Shown here: positions 61,922 through 64,000 of the stretch, one piece after another | Position numbering within the stretch: the first letter of the stretch is position 1 | How the letters are laid out: each line of letters starts with the position of its first letter | Origin: an uncultured Chloroflexia bacterium | GTDB lineage: Bacteria > Chloroflexota > Limnocylindria > Limnocylindrales > CSP1-4 | NCBI GenBank assembly: GCA_963776395.1 | Contig: CAVZML010000005.1 | Location: 612,254 to 676,253, forward strand | DNA length: 64,000 nt | Direction of reading: 5' to 3' | The notes under the pieces: generated by a model | Told to the model about the DNA's origin: nothing | The model's input: only the letters and a program-made list of their open reading frames with translations | Databases searched by the model: none | Made by a program: the position numbers and the translations under genes

Positions 61922-63724
61922 GTGAGCGCCCGAGACCCCGGCTTCGATCCCCGCCGCCAGCATCCGCGGAGCGGTGCGCATCGGGCGTCGGCCGTTCGCG
62001 CACCCGGGCGGCCCGCCTGGCTCGTGCCTGCGCTCGTCGGCGCCGTCGTCGTGTTCGCCGTCTTCATCGGTCTCATCGGCGGCGTGCTCGGGCGCGGCTC
62101 GGGCACCGCGAGCCCCACCGCGCCCGGGGCCATGGGACTCGCCGCCGGCACGGCGGATCCCGGCGCGTCGGATCCCGGCGCGTCGTCCGTCGCAGAGACG
62201 CCGGCGACCGGCGCGGCGTCCGAAAGTCCGGCGGTCACCGGCCAGCCCTCGGGCGATCCGGGCGCCGAGCCGTCCGCCACCCCGGCCGCCGTCGCCGCCG
62301 ACCCGGTGCTCGCGGACGTGGCCATCGTGCCGGTGACGCAGTTCCGGACCGGACGCGCGGCCGCCCGTCCCGCCGATGTCAAGGGCATCGGGGCCGGCTC
62401 ATCCCCCTACAGCGCCCTTGTCCTCGTCGAACGCGACGCGGACGCCATCCTCGGGGCCCTGGGCGTGACCCGGGCATCGCTCGGCAGGAACCTCGTGACC
62501 TTCACCTCGGCCAAGGAGCTGGCCGCGGACCTCGCGAAGCACCGCACCCGGCTCGGCTTCCTCCGCGCGGACGAGGTGACGGCGTCCGTCCGCGCGCTCG
62601 CCTGGGGCTCCAGGGCGATGTTCGGCGTCGGGCGAGTCGGCTCTCTCGGCGGCTGGAAGCTGACCGCGCGTCTCGAGGTCCCCGAGGGCGTCGCCGCGGC
62701 CTACGACCCGGGTGCCGCATGGACGCTCGTCGCCGGGGGCGACATCATGCTCGATCGTGGCGTCTCGCTCGCCATCCAGGGCGCCAGGGCAGGCGCGAGC
62801 TACCCGTTCGACGGTGGCACGGTGGCCATCACGGGTCGCTGCAAGGACTGCTCGCCGTTCGGGTGGGACCTGCCGTACACGAAGCGGACCGGCAACGCGG
62901 GTGACGTCCGTGCGCTGACCAGGGGCGCGGACATCGCCATCGCCAACTTCGAGAACCCGGCACCGGACGGCTGGCGTTGGCACGGCAAGGGAATGGTCTT
63001 CTCGGCCAACCCCAAGCACATCGCGGGGCTCGTGAAGGCCGGCATCGACTGGGTCTCGCTCGCCAACAACCATATCGGCGACGCGGGCAGGGCCGGGATC
63101 GTGTCGACGCAGGGCAACCTCGACGACTACGGCATCAAGCACTCGGGCGCCGGCAAGAACACGGCCGACGCCCACAAGGCCTCGCTGCTCAAGGCGGGGG
63201 GCGTGACCGTCGGGATCCTGGGCTACGACACGATCGCCGCGTACTACGCGTCAGGGACCTCCACGCCCGGCAGCGCCCGGATGACGAAGTCGTTCCTCAA
63301 GAAGGACATCGCCGCGGCGCGCAGGGCGGGCGCCGACATCGTGATCGTGTTCCCGCACTGGGGGATCGAGTACCGCGCCAAGCCCACCGCCGGCCAGCGC
63401 AACCTCGCCCACCTGGCGATCGACGCCGGTGCGGATCTCGTCATCGGCAACCACCCTCACTGGGCCGAGGGCATGGAGATCTACAAGGGCAAGCCGATCT
63501 GGTACGCGCTCGGCAACCTCGTGTTCGATCAGACCTGGTCCGAGCCCACGATGGAGGGGATCACGCTCGAGATGACGTTCCGCGGGACGTCGCTCGTCCA
63601 GGTCCGGATCCGGCCACACCTGATCCTGGGCAAGGCACAGCCGAACTTCATGGACCCGATGGGCAGCGGCAAGGTTGTCATGGACCAGGTCTGGGGCGCG
63701 TCCAAGGGGCTGCTCGGCTGGTAG
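61922..63724 (+). CDS. CapA-family (PGA_cap metallophosphatase-like) membrane-anchored protein
   Basis: GTG start candidates at 61901/61922; N-terminal TM; Pro/Ala/Ser linker; CapA pattern (LANNHIGDAG, VIVFPHWG, GNHPHW). Confidence 0.7.
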   Translation: MSARDPGFDPRRQHPRSGAHRASAVRAPGRPAWLVPALVGAVVVFAVFIGLIGGVLGRGSGTASPTAPGAMGLAAGTADPGASDPGASSVAETPATGAASESPAVTGQPSGDPGAEPSATPAAVAADPVLADVAIVPVTQFRTGRAAARPADVKGIGAGSSPYSALVLVERDADAILGALGVTRASLGRNLVTFTSAKELAADLAKHRTRLGFLRADEVTASVRALAWGSRAMFGVGRVGSLGGWKLTARLEVPEGVAAAYDPGAAWTLVAGGDIMLDRGVSLAIQGARAGASYPFDGGTVAITGRCKDCSPFGWDLPYTKRTGNAGDVRALTRGADIAIANFENPAPDGWRWHGKGMVFSANPKHIAGLVKAGIDWVSLANNHIGDAGRAGIVSTQGNLDDYGIKHSGAGKNTADAHKASLLKAGGVTVGILGYDTIAAYYASGTSTPGSARMTKSFLKKDIAAARRAGADIVIVFPHWGIEYRAKPTAGQRNLAHLAIDAGADLVIGNHPHWAEGMEIYKGKPIWYALGNLVFDQTWSEPTMEGITLEMTFRGTSLVQVRIRPHLILGKAQPNFMDPMGSGKVVMDQVWGASKGLLGW

Positions 63725-64000
63725 GGCCAGGTCCGCCCCGCCCATGGCGGTGAGGCGGCCGGGCGCGCGGCCGAGGCGGCGCGGGGCGCGCGGCGGACAT
63801 CGATTGGAGGCTGCGGCTCCGATGTGCGTGGCGCTCACGAAAGTCAGGTCCCCGAGGCCGGGTCGTGCGCGCGGCGCATGACCATAACCACTGATTGCTC
63901 CCAATTGGCCCGTTTCGCGTCGAAGCGATGCACCCGGCGCACGAGTTCTCGATCTGCCGGTCGATTTCGTGACTCTCGCGCACGGCCCGATCGACGGCGC

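Overview
This is a high-GC (about 70%) bacterial window that looks Actinomycetota-like, though that is an inference. About 70 protein genes and 2 tRNAs are packed on both strands, with no CRISPR array or obvious mobile element.

The most notable feature is a sugar/sugar-acid catabolic island from about 5.3 to 32.8 kb. It carries a LacI regulator, a three-gene ABC sugar transporter, a uronate-isomerase-like gene, a PfkB kinase, two DapA-family aldolases, two enolase-superfamily dehydratases, an SDR, an MBL hydrolase, DeoC/FbaB-type aldolases, and a RhaD-like aldolase/SDR fusion. It also carries a heavily frameshifted araA, dihydroxyacetone kinase subunits (DhaK/DhaL) and araD.

Four paralogous uroporphyrinogen-decarboxylase-family (URO-D; MtaA/CmuA-like) methyltransferase genes are interleaved with these sugar genes, together with one B12-binding corrinoid protein gene. 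Three of the URO-D genes and the corrinoid gene sit in a single translationally coupled operon with the isomerase and kinase. This suggests a corrinoid-dependent demethylase feeding a hexuronate-type pathway, for example for a methylated sugar acid; that role is hypothetical.

The rest of the window holds small regulators (ArsR, two TetR, MarR, LuxR-type, Crp/Fnr) with palindromic operator candidates, stress and redox genes (including a truncated haemoglobin, a cupredoxin and an F420-type luciferase-like oxidoreductase (LLM)), tandem cyclophilins, an SPFH/AI-2E transporter pair, and tRNA-Arg(CCG) and tRNA-Asp(GUC) with hairpin terminators.

At least 12 genes show single-base frameshifts where consecutive ORF-track ORFs in different frames continue the same protein. 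araA alone has about 9. Apart from araA, this pattern looks like homopolymer indel error in the assembly, so gene integrity calls are tentative.

Coordinates that were derived by reading nucleotides directly (tRNAs, palindromes, repeats) may be off by 1-2 bp.
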